Below, piece by piece: positions 61,611 through 64,000 of a stretch of DNA of 64,000 nucleotides. The stretch lies in assembly GCA_977017645.1 (NCBI GenBank), contig OZ360245.1, positions 38,254,001 to 38,318,000 of the forward strand, given 5' to 3'. The notes under the pieces were generated by a model. The model was given only the letters and a program-made list of their open reading frames with translations. It made no database searches and was not told the origin of the DNA. The stretch comes from Torpedo marmorata. Taxonomy: Eukaryota. The position numbers and the translations under genes were made by a program. Position 1 is the first letter of the stretch; each line of letters begins with the position of its first letter.

Positions 61611-62069
61611 GATAATTAGTCCTCCAGCATCGTTCTCCAAATTAGTCCTCCAAATCTTTCCTCAGTGTGAGGAAAGAAGTCTTTTTAAATAAGGATATGG
61701 TTTGGATTCCAAACATCCACCCATTGCCAGGATTGGCATATACTATTTAAATTGTTACTTTTTTGAAGGAGAGCAGAAATAAAAATTAAACCAGCCCAAA
61801 CCTCAGAAGGCGTTTCATTTCCTGAGAATAGGCCCCAGTGAAACTTCCCTTTTGGACCTCTTAATCAAAATCTGATCTCTATCTTAAACTGATATCAATA
61901 GCAAAACTCTGCTCAGACCATTAGTGGCCAATCTAATTTCCTGTAATGTGACTTTAGTTAAGTCTGGGGATAATTTTGCATTGCATTTGGAACCACTTAA
62001 TTTTTTTTAAATTAAATGATTTTGATCAAATGTGTAACTTGTGGACACATATTGGTTTGTTTTTTTTAG

Positions 62070-62153
62070 AGCCATTTAATAGACCAAGTGGTTTGACTGG
62101 TCTGAGGTCCTTAAGTAACAGCGCCTTTGGTGGACTGGGGAATCCTTCTATCA
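62070..62153 (+). CDS. AUTS2: AUTS2 84-nt exon (human exon 17 equivalent)
   Basis: TTTTTTTAG|..ATC A|GTGAGT; (E)[27 protein letters not shown]; phase 1/1. Confidence 0.93.
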
Positions 62154-62697
62154 GTGAGTATTTCTGTCCTTTCGGTTCTTTGTATGACTCTCTCATGTTT
62201 TACTTTGAGAAGTGATACTTTGGCTGATAGTTGGACAGTACTGACCCAGTACTGTGAATAATAACATAGCCAGAACTATTTAAATGTGCAATAGCCAGAT
62301 CCATGCCAATGAACTATAACTAGATATATATCCACTACCAGATCATTACAGTTTAGTTCTGTGCGCATTACACTGGTGTGAAGTACATTTGTGCATTTCA
62401 CATGTGTCCATTATAAACTAACAGTGCCACATTGATATGTGTTGTATTATTCAGTGTTATACATGTGTATCACCCTTGTATGCATTTGTCCTTTGTGCTG
62501 CAGCAATGTACCTTATTTCAACTTGTGTAAAATATTCCTGTGCAAACCATAAACATATTAAACAAATCGTGTATTTGTTTATTACTTTGATATGGATTGC
62601 ATCTGTGTATATTTCACCTTTCTGTCAAACCTTTGTGTTATTGGTGGAATTCTTGGCCCACTTGACACATCCAATAAGCACCTCTTTTTCACATACA

Positions 62698-63160
62698 ATA
62701 CACAAAAGTGCTGGAGAAACTCAGCAGGTCACGCAGCATCTATAGGAAGTAAAGGGTAACCAGCATTTCGGGCCTGAACCTTTCGTCAAGGTATAAGCAT
62801 AATGCAGGCAGACGTCTGATTAAAAAGGTGGGGGGAGGAGAGGAGAGGAGGAAGGAAGGGGCAGGGGGAAGAGTACAGGCTGACTGGTAAGAGATTCTAG
62901 GTGGATATGGGTGGGAGGGTAGAAGAGGAAACAAAATCTGAGAAATGATTGGGGGAAGGGGTAGCTCTCTGAATGGAGAGGGAAGGGAAGGGGGTGGGGA
63001 GCTAGAGGAAAAGAGACCGAGGGATAGGGGAAGAGAGAGACCCAGGGGAGAGGTTTATTGGAAACTGGAGAAGTTGATATTTATGCCATATGGTTGGAAA
63101 GTGCCCAGACGGAATATTAGGTGTTGTTCTTTCAATTTGTGGGTAGCGTCGGTTTGGCCT
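62698..63160 (-). mobile_element. PLE pLTR/3' UTR and end of endonuclease region
   Basis: TACACAAAAGTGCTGGAGAAACTCAGCAGG..TTTCGGGCCTGAACCTTTCGTCAAG..GTGCCCAGACGGAATATTAGGTGTTG (reverse of about 51740-51780). Confidence 0.85.
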
Positions 63161-64000
63161 GTTTTGTCTGTTTTTTCCCGTTTAACCTCTTTTTCACATC
63201 TGTGTTGTGCAATTATGTCATGTGCAATTGTGTATAAATGTTAAGCATGTCTGCACCATAACTGTGTATTACCGTGTCAGCCATTTTTTTTGCATTTGAG
63301 TATGAGGTCTGTCTCTATTGCCATCTCCCTTCAGAGTGATTCAGAATGTCACCAAGTATTTTAAATTAAACCATATCACAGTTTTACATTTGACCATATC
63401 ACTGCTCCGTGTGTGTGTAATCTTATAACTTTCATGGTTTTACGATGCTCACGCAGTCATCGTGTGCATGTCATGTCTTGCCAAACCTGCCATTGATGGT
63501 GAGTTGAGCTATGGAATGTCAGCAGTTATTGAACAGAATGGCTGAGGGTTCAGTTCCATGACAGGTTATATGTTTTCCAAATAAACCATTGGAGGAACTC
63601 TAAAAGTGAGTTGGAAGCAATAGATTTTCTGAATTCTCCAAAAAACAAGATAAATGCCCCTGAATGCTCCAATTTAATCAGTAACCTTTACCCCTTCACC
63701 TGAGCCTGTGACAGTAGTGCCTCATTGTACTTGCAATAGACAGTCACTTGCAATATGTCCAGTTCTCTTACTGGACCTCATGTTTTAGATTTGATTTCAA
63801 TGATTCTTGGTTTTCAGTTTGCATTTGTTTCAGCTGTGAAAACCTTTTGATGCCCTTGCATAAATATTTGCTTTTGACGTTATGGATTGTTATTCTAGTT
63901 AAATTCAGAACAAACCTGTGACTGAGATGTCTATGTCCCCATGCCAATCAATCTTTGGGAGGCTAAATTTGGCTATTCATGGTTTTCAATCATAACGAAG

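Overview
Vertebrate nuclear DNA, very likely from a cartilaginous fish (shark/ray-type V-SINE, CR1, Rex1/Babar and Penelope repeats). The window lies inside one + strand gene, AUTS2 (or a very close AUTS2-family paralog). Eleven internal coding exons, equivalent to human exons 7-17, were read with canonical AG/GT ends and mutually consistent phases, from 7457 to 62153; the start and end of the gene are outside the window. The introns are dense in transposons: Rex1/Babar, CR1, L1, tRNA-derived V-SINEs, Penelope-like elements (PLEs), a Chapaev3 derivative and several MITEs. Three things stand out. (i) A young PLE family whose pseudo-LTR carries a minimal, probably dimer-dependent hammerhead ribozyme and which repeatedly inserts as short fold-back palindromes with 11-14 bp target-site duplications (TSDs). 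(ii) One such insertion is a perfect 279-bp-arm hairpin that includes non-PLE DNA. (iii) A CpG-rich candidate internal promoter/first exon in the intron before exon 15. Family names, human exon numbering and human comparisons are from recalled knowledge, not database searches; TE boundaries without TSDs are approximate. I cannot establish novelty from sequence alone.
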